This document shows positions 34,132-42,351 of a DNA stretch of 44,135 bases, piece after piece. The notes below the pieces were generated by a model. It had not been told where the DNA came from. It saw only the letters and a list, made by a program, of their open reading frames with translations, and ran no database searches. Numbering within the stretch: position 1 is the stretch's first letter; every line of letters begins with the position of its first letter. Source of the stretch: an uncultured Candidatus Saccharibacteria bacterium. Lineage in GTDB: Bacteria > Patescibacteriota > CPR2_A > CG2-30-33-46 > CAYZYZ01. Location of the stretch: positions 1-44,135 of the forward strand of contig CAYZYZ010000001.1 in assembly GCA_964482765.1 (NCBI GenBank). The letters are read 5' to 3'. The position numbers and the translations under genes are program-made.

Positions 34132-34670
34132 AAACAGATTATGTAAAAATCGCCCGGGAAGCAATTGAAGAATATATCAAAAGCAAAAAGGTAAAAGATT
34201 TCCCTGAGTATAAAAATGTTACTCAAAAATCAGGAGCTTTTGTTTCTATATATAAAAAAAGCAACAAGCGGCCAGAGATGAGCGATAAGAAATTGGAACT
34301 AAGGAGTTGTATTGGAACATTTTTACCTACTCAAAAGAATGTAATTTTAGAAATTATCAAGAATGCTATCTCGGCTGCTACAACTGATTATCGATTTAAT
34401 CCAATAACTTTAGAGGAACTGCCGAATCTTTGCTACTCGGTTGATATTTTGAAGGCTCCTAAACTGGTTAAGAATATAAAAGAGCTCGATCCAAAAAAGT
34501 ACGGAATTATTGTTAGGTGTGGCACCCGCACCGGACTCCTTCTTCCCGATCTTGACGACGTAGATAAAACTGAACAACAAATTTGGATAACCTGCCAAAA
34601 AGCCGGTATTGATCCTCGTAAAGAAAAAATCGAGCTTTATAAATTTCTTGTTGACCGATACAAGGAATAA
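34128..34670 (+). CDS. AMMECR1 domain protein (AmmeMemoRadiSam system protein A)
   Basis: 180 aa. GAFVSI...LRSCIGTF is the AMMECR1 signature. Confidence 0.85.
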   Translation: MKTDYVKIAREAIEEYIKSKKVKDFPEYKNVTQKSGAFVSIYKKSNKRPEMSDKKLELRSCIGTFLPTQKNVILEIIKNAISAATTDYRFNPITLEELPNLCYSVDILKAPKLVKNIKELDPKKYGIIVRCGTRTGLLLPDLDDVDKTEQQIWITCQKAGIDPRKEKIELYKFLVDRYKE

Positions 34671-34688
34671 ACTATAAAATATCTAAAT

Positions 34689-35180
34689 ATGCTCTTTAAC
34701 AAAGGGGTGATTTCCTTGAAGAGACTGTTTGGTAAATTCGCTAAAGATAACAAAAAAACCAAATCTTCTTTGAAAAAGACATTGAGGGAAGAGAAATGTT
34801 GGCTTGATGGGAAATACACGGATAAAAACACAAAGGAGTTTAAAAGAAAAAGGCTCGAAGGTAAAGTAACTATAGAGACTATAAACAATTCTGGTGTAAT
34901 AGAAAAAAGGCTTGAATTTGTATTTCCCTATTCAGATCCCGAAGATAAAGATTACGTGGGACACTATGTACGAGAGATTTTTCAGCCAATATTTATGTAT
35001 AAAAAAGAAGTTAACAGCAAAGATGAAAAAATGATTCATTACTCAAAAATGCTTAGCATGGAATGTATAACAATTAGCGCATTAAGTTTTGGCAGGTTTA
35101 GAATCATTGCTGAAGGAAAAAGTGATATCGAAATATCAAACCTTCTATCTCCCCATATAACAACCGAAAACTATCCTTGA
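34689..35180 (+). CDS. Hypothetical protein
   Basis: 163-aa ORF with a basic N-terminus and no motif I recognise. It is followed by a hairpin. Confidence 0.5.
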   Translation: MLFNKGVISLKRLFGKFAKDNKKTKSSLKKTLREEKCWLDGKYTDKNTKEFKRKRLEGKVTIETINNSGVIEKRLEFVFPYSDPEDKDYVGHYVREIFQPIFMYKKEVNSKDEKMIHYSKMLSMECITISALSFGRFRIIAEGKSDIEISNLLSPHITTENYP

Positions 35181-35183
35181 ATG

Positions 35184-35229
35184 AGGGGAAAGTCTCTAAA
35201 ATAAAAAAGACTAACCCCTTATTTTTATA
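35184..35229 (+). terminator. Candidate terminator hairpin
   Basis: aggggaaagtct...agactaacccct followed by tatttttat. Confidence 0.45.
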
Positions 35230-35253
35230 TCTTATTTGCGATAAAATTAAAGT

Positions 35254-37110
35254 ATGTATGCTGAAATTTCAACAAATGCGCCTGAGCTTTTTACATATAA
35301 AATCCCTAAAAGTCTTTTGCCTAAAATCAAAATTGGTCAGTTAGTAAAAATTTCTCTCGGCAAAAGAATAAATCAGGGAATAGTATTTGAAATTACCAAA
35401 AAGAAGCCTCGTTTTAGAACCAAAGATATTCTAGAAATAATTCATCCGGAACCATTGCTTTCTTCTTACCAGGTCAAGCTGGCAAATTGGCTCTCTTTAT
35501 ATTACTTTTCATCGATTTATCAGTCTTTAAAAAATATCAAGATTGACGGCTTGGAAAAAAGTTTAGAAAATCAGCCATTAAAGCCTAAACGCTTCTATAC
35601 TCCAGTGTATAAGAGTAAAAAAGATTATAAATATAAAAGATTTATATTTTTTGGTGGAAATGAACTTTATCCAAAGATTGCTTCAAAATTCCTGAAGAAT
35701 AAAAAACAGGTTTTAATCCTCTTCCCTGATAACTTCAGTTTGGAAAAATTCTTAAACAATAATCTGTTTAAATCTAAAAAAACCTCTGTTATTACAAGCA
35801 ACCTCGCATCAAAAGAAAGGATTAAAGAGTGGTTTAGGATTAAAAACGAAGAAAGTAAACTGATTTTAGGAACAAGAACCGCAATATTCTCGCCCTTCAA
35901 AAATCTAGGGTTAATTATTTTGGATAAAGAATATGAGGATGGATACAAGCAGGAAAAAACGCCGAAATATGACTCAAAAGAAGTAGCTGAATTTTTACAA
36001 GAGCTTACTAACTGTACCTTGGTCCTGCAAACAGACATCCCGACCCTAGAAAATTACTACCGACTAAAAAATGAATACAGAATATTAAAATCCAAACTTT
36101 CAAAGAAACAAACCAAAATAATAATCGACGCCGAGCCTTTAAAGTTTTCTGTCTTAGGATCAAAAACCGAAAGCCTCATCAGGAAAAATCTTGAAGAAAA
36201 AAAACAAACAATTCTCTTTCTAAATAGAAAAGGTAGGGAGATTTTCGTATCCTGTACTGATTGCGGTTTCTCCCCCACCTGCCCTAATTGCGAGGTGCCA
36301 TTTACAACCACCGCAAATTACTTAGTGTGCAACCACTGCGGACATAAAGAAGAAATTCATTTGACCTGTAGAAAATGCCAGAGTCCGCTCATCAAAAAAA
36401 TTGGAATAGGCACTGAGAAACTCGAAGAGGAAGTTAAAAAAATATTTCCCGAAAAGAGGATTGAAAGAATTGATGAAACGACCAGAAAAACTCTAAACCC
36501 CATTAGAAATCCGCCTATTGTAAATGGCGGCAGTCGCCAGTGGCGACTTATTTCTAACGGGGTAAACAGAAAAAAAATAGAGCAAGCTGATATAATTATC
36601 GGCACCCAGATGATAAAGGGATTAGATTTTAAAAACACCGGGCTTTTGGTGTTCTTCTCAATCGACAATATGCTCAATCTTCCTTCGTATAAAGCTTTAG
36701 AGAATGCTCAAAAAATCATATCCTCACTAATTTCGAAATTACCGGAAAGGGCGCACGTTGTTATCAAAACTTCTAATCCTGAGAGTGAATTAATACAGAC
36801 TATAAAAAAGAGTGATTATCTATCATTTTTCGAAAAAGAGTTTAAAAACAGGAAAAAATTTCATTACCCGCCTTTCTTTGATTTGATCTCAATTATTTTC
36901 CCAGAGGAAAAACAAAAAGAGGTTAAGAAAGAATTAAAGAGTATCAAGAATTATGAAATTATAGGTCCTTTTAAACCTTTTCTTCCCAAAGGACGAGGCA
37001 AAAATAGAAAGATTATTGTCTTAAAAACCTCAAAAAACAGCTTTTTTTATGATAAAATATCTAAGATTAAAAAAATATCCATAACCAGAAACCCAGAATC
37101 AATTATTTAA
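35254..37110 (+). CDS. priA: Primosomal protein N' (PriA) homologue with degenerate helicase motifs and a 23-aa repeat-derived insertion
   Basis: Cys-rich region CTDCG...CPNC...CNHCG...CRKC and GTQMIKGLDF are PriA hallmarks. The positions of Walker A (FFGGNELY) and DExH (DKEY) are degenerate. Confidence 0.85.
   Translation: MYAEISTNAPELFTYKIPKSLLPKIKIGQLVKISLGKRINQGIVFEITKKKPRFRTKDILEIIHPEPLLSSYQVKLANWLSLYYFSSIYQSLKNIKIDGLEKSLENQPLKPKRFYTPVYKSKKDYKYKRFIFFGGNELYPKIASKFLKNKKQVLILFPDNFSLEKFLNNNLFKSKKTSVITSNLASKERIKEWFRIKNEESKLILGTRTAIFSPFKNLGLIILDKEYEDGYKQEKTPKYDSKEVAEFLQELTNCTLVLQTDIPTLENYYRLKNEYRILKSKLSKKQTKIIIDAEPLKFSVLGSKTESLIRKNLEEKKQTILFLNRKGREIFVSCTDCGFSPTCPNCEVPFTTTANYLVCNHCGHKEEIHLTCRKCQSPLIKKIGIGTEKLEEEVKKIFPEKRIERIDETTRKTLNPIRNPPIVNGGSRQWRLISNGVNRKKIEQADIIIGTQMIKGLDFKNTGLLVFFSIDNMLNLPSYKALENAQKIISSLISKLPERAHVVIKTSNPESELIQTIKKSDYLSFFEKEFKNRKKFHYPPFFDLISIIFPEEKQKEVKKELKSIKNYEIIGPFKPFLPKGRGKNRKIIVLKTSKNSFFYDKISKIKKISITRNPESII
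36494..36566. repeat. Family A element inserted in frame inside priA
   Basis: TAAA|ccccattagaaatccgcctattgtaaatggcggcagtcgccagtggcgacttatttctaacgggg|TAAA. The 65-nt core plus one 4-nt flank totals 69 nt, or 23 codons. Confidence 0.85.
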
Positions 37111-37118
37111 GGAGAAAA

Positions 37119-37640
37119 GTGGAAATACTAACTGTTCCATCTGAAATTTTGAGAAAAAAATCAGTAAAGGTTAAAAAAATAAACCCCTCTATAAAAAGAC
37201 TAATTAAAGGAATGATAGAAACGCTAAAAGAGGTTGGTGGTTTAGGAATTGCCGCCCCCCAGGTAGGGTGTCTTTTGAGGATTGTTGTTATTGAATCAAA
37301 AGGCGGGAAGAGAAAAAACGGCTTGAGAAAGCCAAAAATACCTCTGACTGTATTAATAAATCCTGAGATAGTAGAAAACTCTAAGGAGAAAGAGGAAGAC
37401 GATGAGGGCTGTTTAAGTGTGCCGGAAATCTGGGGTATGGTAAAAAGAGCAAAATCTGTTGTTGCAAAAGCTCTTGATGAAAAAGGCAAACCAAAAAAGA
37501 TAAAAGCCTCTGAGTTATTCGCCAGGGTCCTGCAACACGAAATAGATCACCTAAACGGTATTCTCTTTACTGACAAAGCAGATGTTTCAACGCTACACAA
37601 AATAAGTCCCGAGGGAGAAATTATTAAAATAAAACTATAA
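37119..37640 (+). CDS. def: Peptide deformylase
   Basis: Motifs GIAAPQVG, EGCLS and HEIDHLNG. GTG start sits 4 nt after aaggag. Confidence 0.93.
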   Translation: MEILTVPSEILRKKSVKVKKINPSIKRLIKGMIETLKEVGGLGIAAPQVGCLLRIVVIESKGGKRKNGLRKPKIPLTVLINPEIVENSKEKEEDDEGCLSVPEIWGMVKRAKSVVAKALDEKGKPKKIKASELFARVLQHEIDHLNGILFTDKADVSTLHKISPEGEIIKIKL

Positions 37641-37644
37641 AAAA

Positions 37645-37780
37645 ATTACTAATTAACCTAATGTCTAATTAACCTAAATAATTACCAATGACCAATTACC
37701 AATGACCAAAATTTAGACATTAGATATTCAAACATTGGGATTTGATTAGAAATTAGAGCAATCAGAAATTAGAAATTTAT
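37645..37780. repeat. Family C long AT-rich palindrome between def and fmt
   Basis: Internal direct repeats taattaaccta x2 and attaccaatgacca x2. Right arm cattgggatttgattagaaattagagcaatcagaaattagaaattt (37733-37778). Confidence 0.65.
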
Positions 37781-37811
37781 ATTCCGCTAGATCTAATTAA
37801 ATTATAGAAAA

Positions 37812-38726
37812 ATGAAATCAATAACAAATATAAAAAATATTAAAAAGAAAGTATTTTTTGCAGGTAGTGGTGCTTTTGCTGTTCCACAAATTGAAGCACT
37901 CGCTAAAACTTATAATCTAGGAATAATCACCCAAAAAAATAATACCCCAGTAAAAAAAGAAGTCGTTAAATTAAATTTAAAAATCCGCGAGGTGCAAAAA
38001 GCGCAAGAACTTGAAAACCTTTTAGAAGAACTGAAGCCAGAAATTTTGATAGTTTCTGATTTTGGCATTATACTTTCCGAAAAATCTTTGAAAATACCAA
38101 AGCTGGTTTTAAACACCCACCCTTCGCTTTTGCCTAAATACCGCGGGCCATCTCCATATGTAACTGCCTTGTTAAACGGCGAAAAAGAAACTGGCGTCTC
38201 TCTTATTAAGATGACAGAAGAAATGGATGCTGGACCAATTTTTTTAAAAGAAAAAGTAAAAATTGCCAAGAGGGAAACGAGTACTTCTCTAAGAGAAAAA
38301 CTGGGAAATTTGGCTGGCAATCTTTTGCTTTCAAATCTAGAAAAAATAATCGCTGGGAAAATAGAACCGATTTCGCAGAACGAAAAAGAAGCTACTTACA
38401 CCAAATTTTTTAAAAAAGAAGATGGACTAATAGATTGGGAGGAAGACGCGAAATTAATTGAGAGAAAAATCAGAGCCTTTACTCCCTGGCCTGGAACTTT
38501 TACTTTTTTTGAAACCCCAAAAAAGAAAATAAGAGTTAAAATTTTGTATGCGGAGGTTGAAGAAGGAAATGCTTTAAAACCTGAGGAGATAAAAATAGAG
38601 AACAAAAAACTAAAAATAAAAACAGGAAAAGACTACATTGTAGTAAAAAAGTTACAGCCGGAAGGTAAAAGAGAAATGATCGCCGAAGAATTTTTACATG
38701 GCTACCAAATAAAGTTAAAAGTTTAA
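37812..38726 (+). CDS. fmt: Methionyl-tRNA formyltransferase
   Basis: 304 aa. HPSLLPKYRG motif; lies downstream of def. Confidence 0.93.
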   Translation: MKSITNIKNIKKKVFFAGSGAFAVPQIEALAKTYNLGIITQKNNTPVKKEVVKLNLKIREVQKAQELENLLEELKPEILIVSDFGIILSEKSLKIPKLVLNTHPSLLPKYRGPSPYVTALLNGEKETGVSLIKMTEEMDAGPIFLKEKVKIAKRETSTSLREKLGNLAGNLLLSNLEKIIAGKIEPISQNEKEATYTKFFKKEDGLIDWEEDAKLIERKIRAFTPWPGTFTFFETPKKKIRVKILYAEVEEGNALKPEEIKIENKKLKIKTGKDYIVVKKLQPEGKREMIAEEFLHGYQIKLKV

Positions 38727-38821
38727 AACGAAGGTATGCCGTGATTTTATAATTAAAAATTCGCATTAGTGAATTACCAAAATTTTTAACTTTTAATTTT
38801 AAATTTTTAACTTAGAAGAAT

Positions 38822-38850
38822 AAAAAATTGCGGAACAACCGCAATTTTTT
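38822..38850. terminator. Bidirectional terminator between the convergent fmt and nrnA-like genes
   Basis: aaaaaattgcgg-aaca-accgcaatttttt. Confidence 0.65.
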
Positions 38851-39808
38851 ATTCTTCTATAATTTCCCAGCCGTCTTCTGTTTCGCGAAGTTTGCCTTTT
38901 ATTCTAAAACCAGAGGCTCGAATGTGCCCGCCTCCGCCAAACAGGCTAGCTAATTTATTTACATCTAACCCACCTTCTTCTGAGCGAAGGCTTCCTTTTA
39001 TCTGGTCCTCATCCTCTGTTAAAAGCAAAGCTGCTTTAGATTCAGGTATGGCATTTATCAAATTAACAACGCCTTCTAGATCGGCTTTGGTAGCTTCGCA
39101 CTCCTCAAGATCTTTTTTGGTAATGATTGAACTCACTATACCTTTTTCCCGGTCATTTTTAACTCTTGTTAAGACTCTTCCCCATAATTTTAAAGTTGAT
39201 ACATTCTTTCTTCTTATGATATTGTCAGCGATATTTTTGATATTAGCTCCTTTAGAAATCAGCTTAGCGGCAATCTCTAAACTACTCTTTGTAGTATTCG
39301 AGTGCATAAAACTTCCGGTGTCTGAAAAAATTCCTGTTAGAAGATAGGTAGCTAGTTCTCTGTCAATCTCTATATTCAAAATCTCCAATAAATAGAAAAT
39401 TATCTCTGAAGTCGAGGTAGAAGAAGTATCTACAATGTTTAGATGACCGAAGCTGTCTTCTTGAGGGTGATGGTCAATATTTATTATTTTTGCACTTCTA
39501 AGATTTTTTATCTCTTCATGAAAACCAGTTCTTTCAACAAGGGCACAGTCTAAAACTATAATCAAACTTAAGTTACATGTTAAAGTTGTCTCGAACATTG
39601 GGAGCGGAAGAAAGTAGAAATTCCTTGGAACAACACCCTGAAGAAAAGCTTTAACATCCTTCTCCATTCTTTCTAAAGCTAGCTCCAAAGCTGCCACACA
39701 TCCAATTGCATCGCCATCAGGATCAGTATGCGTAAAAATACCGATCCTGTTATTTTCCAGAATCAAATCCTTCGCTTTTCTTAAATTCTCTTTTAGATCA
39801 ACCCTCAT
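38849..39808 (-). CDS. DHH/DHHA1 phosphoesterase (NrnA-like oligoribonuclease / pAp phosphatase)
   Basis: Motifs HTDPDGDAIG, IDHHP and GGGGH. I chose ATG at 39806-39808, 4 nt after aaggag. The ORF-track TTG at 39841 lies inside a GC-rich repeat. Confidence 0.85.
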   Translation of the reverse strand: MRVDLKENLRKAKDLILENNRIGIFTHTDPDGDAIGCVAALELALERMEKDVKAFLQGVVPRNFYFLPLPMFETTLTCNLSLIIVLDCALVERTGFHEEIKNLRSAKIINIDHHPQEDSFGHLNIVDTSSTSTSEIIFYLLEILNIEIDRELATYLLTGIFSDTGSFMHSNTTKSSLEIAAKLISKGANIKNIADNIIRRKNVSTLKLWGRVLTRVKNDREKGIVSSIITKKDLEECEATKADLEGVVNLINAIPESKAALLLTEDEDQIKGSLRSEEGGLDVNKLASLFGGGGHIRASGFRIKGKLRETEDGWEIIEE

Positions 39809-39830
39809 CCAACTCCTTATCACCTTATTG

Positions 39831-39903
39831 CCTTCGGCCAAAGGCCGATCGTCCTCTCTTCGAGAGCCTGAGGGCTCCTCAGAGCCTCGAACGGCTGGAC
39901 GAT
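39831..39903. repeat. GC-rich nested stem-loop island between rbfA and the nrnA-like gene
   Basis: Minus strand reads atcgtcc agccg ttcgag gctctgagg agc cctcag gctc tcgaa gaga ggacgat, followed by cggcc-ttt-ggccg. Confidence 0.5.
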
Positions 39904-39909
39904 ATTACT

Positions 39910-40260
39910 TTACGAGCGCCTCATCTTACCACTCTTTATTTCCCTAATCAACCCCTCAATCTTGTCTTCATATTCAAGAGATTCATCTAATTCTAATGCT
40001 ATTTTGGGAAGGTATTTGAGTTTTACGGTTTCTCCTAAAATGAGTTGAAATTTGGAAAAATTTTCTTTAAGCTCCTTCAAAATTTTTTCTGCTTCGGAAA
40101 AAGGAAATATACTTATATATGCCTTAGCGCTTTTTAAATCAGGAGCGGTCTTTACATAAGAAACAGTGACTAAGGCTTCTTTGGGATTAAAATGTTCTCT
40201 TAATATTTTGCTTAGTTCTTTCTTTATTAGCTCATTAACTTTTTCGGTTCTTCTAGTCAT
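39910..40260 (-). CDS. rbfA: Ribosome-binding factor A
   Basis: 116 aa. The pattern R..KVNELIKKELSKIL...VTVSYVKTAPDLKSAKAYIS is typical of RbfA. Lies downstream of infB. Confidence 0.9.
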   Translation of the reverse strand: MTRRTEKVNELIKKELSKILREHFNPKEALVTVSYVKTAPDLKSAKAYISIFPFSEAEKILKELKENFSKFQLILGETVKLKYLPKIALELDESLEYEDKIEGLIREIKSGKMRRS

Positions 40261-40296
40261 AAACTTAATGCCAAAGGATTAATTTTATGTGCGGGG

Positions 40297-40336
40297 TAAA
40301 CCCCGTTAGATAGTTAGTTTTATCTAATGGGGTAAA
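40297..40336. repeat. Family A element (minimal form) overlapping the last codons and stop of infB
   Basis: TAAA|ccccgttagatagttagttttatctaatgggg|TAAA. The infB end ...agt tta ccc cat tag (SLPH stop) is read from the element terminus. Confidence 0.85.
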
Positions 40337-42168
40337 CTTCTTATTTTTTCTTCCTTGGTTATAAATATAAGTTCATCACCTTCTTTAATATCAGTGATTC
40401 CGAAAATGTTCATTCCGAATTCCTTATCACCGGTGACTTCAGAAACATCGTCTTTGACAATCTTTAATCCTTCAATCTTTCCATAATTTGCTCCGTCTTC
40501 TCTTTCTACTTTTACTTCCATCTCCTTGGTTACCATACCTCTAAGGAGTTTGGCGCCCAAAATCATATCCTTTTTACCGAATTTAAAGATTTTTAGAACC
40601 TTTGCTTTGGCTTGTTCTCTTTCAATTATCTCTTTAGGAAGAAGGTGTGATAGAGCTTCTTTAATGTCATCCACAACATTGTAAATGATATCATAAAGCC
40701 TAACCTCGACATTGAGTTTCTCTATTGCTTTCTGTGCCGATAGACTAATACCAACCCTGAAACCTATAACTATGGCATCATTTCCGGCTAAGGTAACATC
40801 AGATTCCGAAATTTCGCCAATACCTTCACGGGTTATATTGACTGCAACTTCTTCGGTACTTAATTTTTTTAAGGCTAAGGTTAAGGCTTCGAGCGAACCC
40901 TTAACATCTGTCTTTAAAATTACCTTCAATTTCTTAATCTTTCCTTCTTTTATTTTGTCAGAAATGCCTTTAACGCCGAGTGCCCTTCTGTCTCTTAATG
41001 CCTTGAGGCTTTTGAACCTCTTTCTTTCAGCAACCTCGGCTTTGGCTTCTTTTTCTGAAGCGACTCCTTCTAAAAGCTCGCCTACCTCTGGAACATCTTT
41101 TAAGCCTAGAATCCTTACCGGTGTCCCGGGTCCTGCTTCTTTTATTTTTTTAAGGCTAGAATCCTCGATGCTTTTTACTTTTCCAAAAACAGAACCAGAG
41201 ACAACAAAATCGCTTACTCTTAAAGTTCCATTTTGAATCAAAGCTGTAGCAACAGGGCCTCTTCCCTTATCCAAGTGCGATTCTATTATCGTACCCCATA
41301 ATTTTCCTTTGGGATTTGCTTTTGGCTCCTTGAGTTCTGAAACCAGAAGAATCATCTCTAGAATCTGGTCGATGCCTTCGCCTGTTTTGGCGGAAACTGG
41401 GATAAAAACCGTATCTCCCCCCCACTCTTCGGTAATTACTTTTTGCTCGGAAAGCTCTTTTTTTACTCTTTCTATATCCGCCTCGGGTTTGTCAATTTTA
41501 TTTATGGCAACCACAAAAGGTAAGTCAGCGCTTCTAAGATGATTTATTGACTCAATTGTCTGAGGTTTTACGCCGTCATCGGCAGCCACCACCAAAACGC
41601 CCACATCCGTAACCTGAGCTCCCCTAGCTCTCATAGTGGAAAAGGCTTCATGACCCGGCGTATCCAAAAAGGTAATTTTTTTACCATCCTTTTCGACTTG
41701 ATAAGCACCAATGTGCTGGGTTATACCCCCAGATTCAGCGGCTACCACATTCGTTTTTCTTATTGAGTCTAAAAGCGAGGTTTTCCCATGATCAACATGA
41801 CCCATAACTATAACCACCGGGGGTCGCGGCTCGGTTTTTTCTTCGTCGGCTTCCAGTTCTTTGGCATTCTTTTTAGGTGTGCTATCTTCTTCTAAAATTT
41901 CTCTGGCGAAAAATCCAAAATCTTGAGAGATAATAGCAGCGGTTTCAAAATCTATATCCTCATTTATGGTAGCCATTACGCCATTTTTAACTAATAGAGA
42001 TATAACCTCCACAACAGGTTTGCCGAGTTTTTCCGCCAGCTCTTTTACCTGAATTATGGACGGAATTTCTATTGTTTTTTCAGCTAAAGGCTCGCCTCGA
42101 TTCGGAGTCGAAGCGGGCTGATCCCGATTTTCATCGGGATTTCCTATTTGTTCTTTAACTTTTGTCAT
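40324..42168 (-). CDS. infB: Translation initiation factor IF-2
   Basis: GTPase motifs GHVDHGKTSLLD, DTPGH and NKID, plus the conserved C-terminal domains. 614 aa. Confidence 0.96.
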   Translation of the reverse strand: MTKVKEQIGNPDENRDQPASTPNRGEPLAEKTIEIPSIIQVKELAEKLGKPVVEVISLLVKNGVMATINEDIDFETAAIISQDFGFFAREILEEDSTPKKNAKELEADEEKTEPRPPVVIVMGHVDHGKTSLLDSIRKTNVVAAESGGITQHIGAYQVEKDGKKITFLDTPGHEAFSTMRARGAQVTDVGVLVVAADDGVKPQTIESINHLRSADLPFVVAINKIDKPEADIERVKKELSEQKVITEEWGGDTVFIPVSAKTGEGIDQILEMILLVSELKEPKANPKGKLWGTIIESHLDKGRGPVATALIQNGTLRVSDFVVSGSVFGKVKSIEDSSLKKIKEAGPGTPVRILGLKDVPEVGELLEGVASEKEAKAEVAERKRFKSLKALRDRRALGVKGISDKIKEGKIKKLKVILKTDVKGSLEALTLALKKLSTEEVAVNITREGIGEISESDVTLAGNDAIVIGFRVGISLSAQKAIEKLNVEVRLYDIIYNVVDDIKEALSHLLPKEIIEREQAKAKVLKIFKFGKKDMILGAKLLRGMVTKEMEVKVEREDGANYGKIEGLKIVKDDVSEVTGDKEFGMNIFGITDIKEGDELIFITKEEKIRSLPH

Positions 42169-42305
42169 TTTTTATTCCTTTCTTGCAAGAACTTTATCCC
42201 GCACTTTTTTGAATAAGCTACTCTTTTGAAAAAGTCAACCCACAAAAGGTGCGGGATTTTCTATTATAGCGACTTTTTGGGCTTTTGAAAAGTAAAATAT
42301 TATTG

Positions 42306-42330
42306 AAAAATCCCCCTGAGGGGGATTTTT
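42306..42330 (-). terminator. Rho-independent terminator after rpsA
   Basis: Minus strand reads aaaaatccccctcagggggattttt. Confidence 0.75.
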
Positions 42331-42351
42331 CAAATTTGCTTATCAATTATT

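Noticed and set aside
5802-40336. Family A termini contain GTTAGAT / ATCTAAC. These fit the integron attC core (GTTRRRY) and inverse core (RYYYAAC) consensus.
   Set aside because: The order is reversed: GTTRRRY is 5' and RYYYAAC is 3', whereas attC has the opposite arrangement. The conserved CCCC/GGGG extension is not attC-like. There is no intI or cassette organisation, and the elements sit between and inside housekeeping genes.
5802-40336. Possibility that the recurring CCCCGTTAGA repeats form a CRISPR array.
   Set aside because: The repeats are inverted pairs scattered over 35 kb and separated by normal genes. They are not regularly spaced direct repeats with short spacers, and no cas genes are present.
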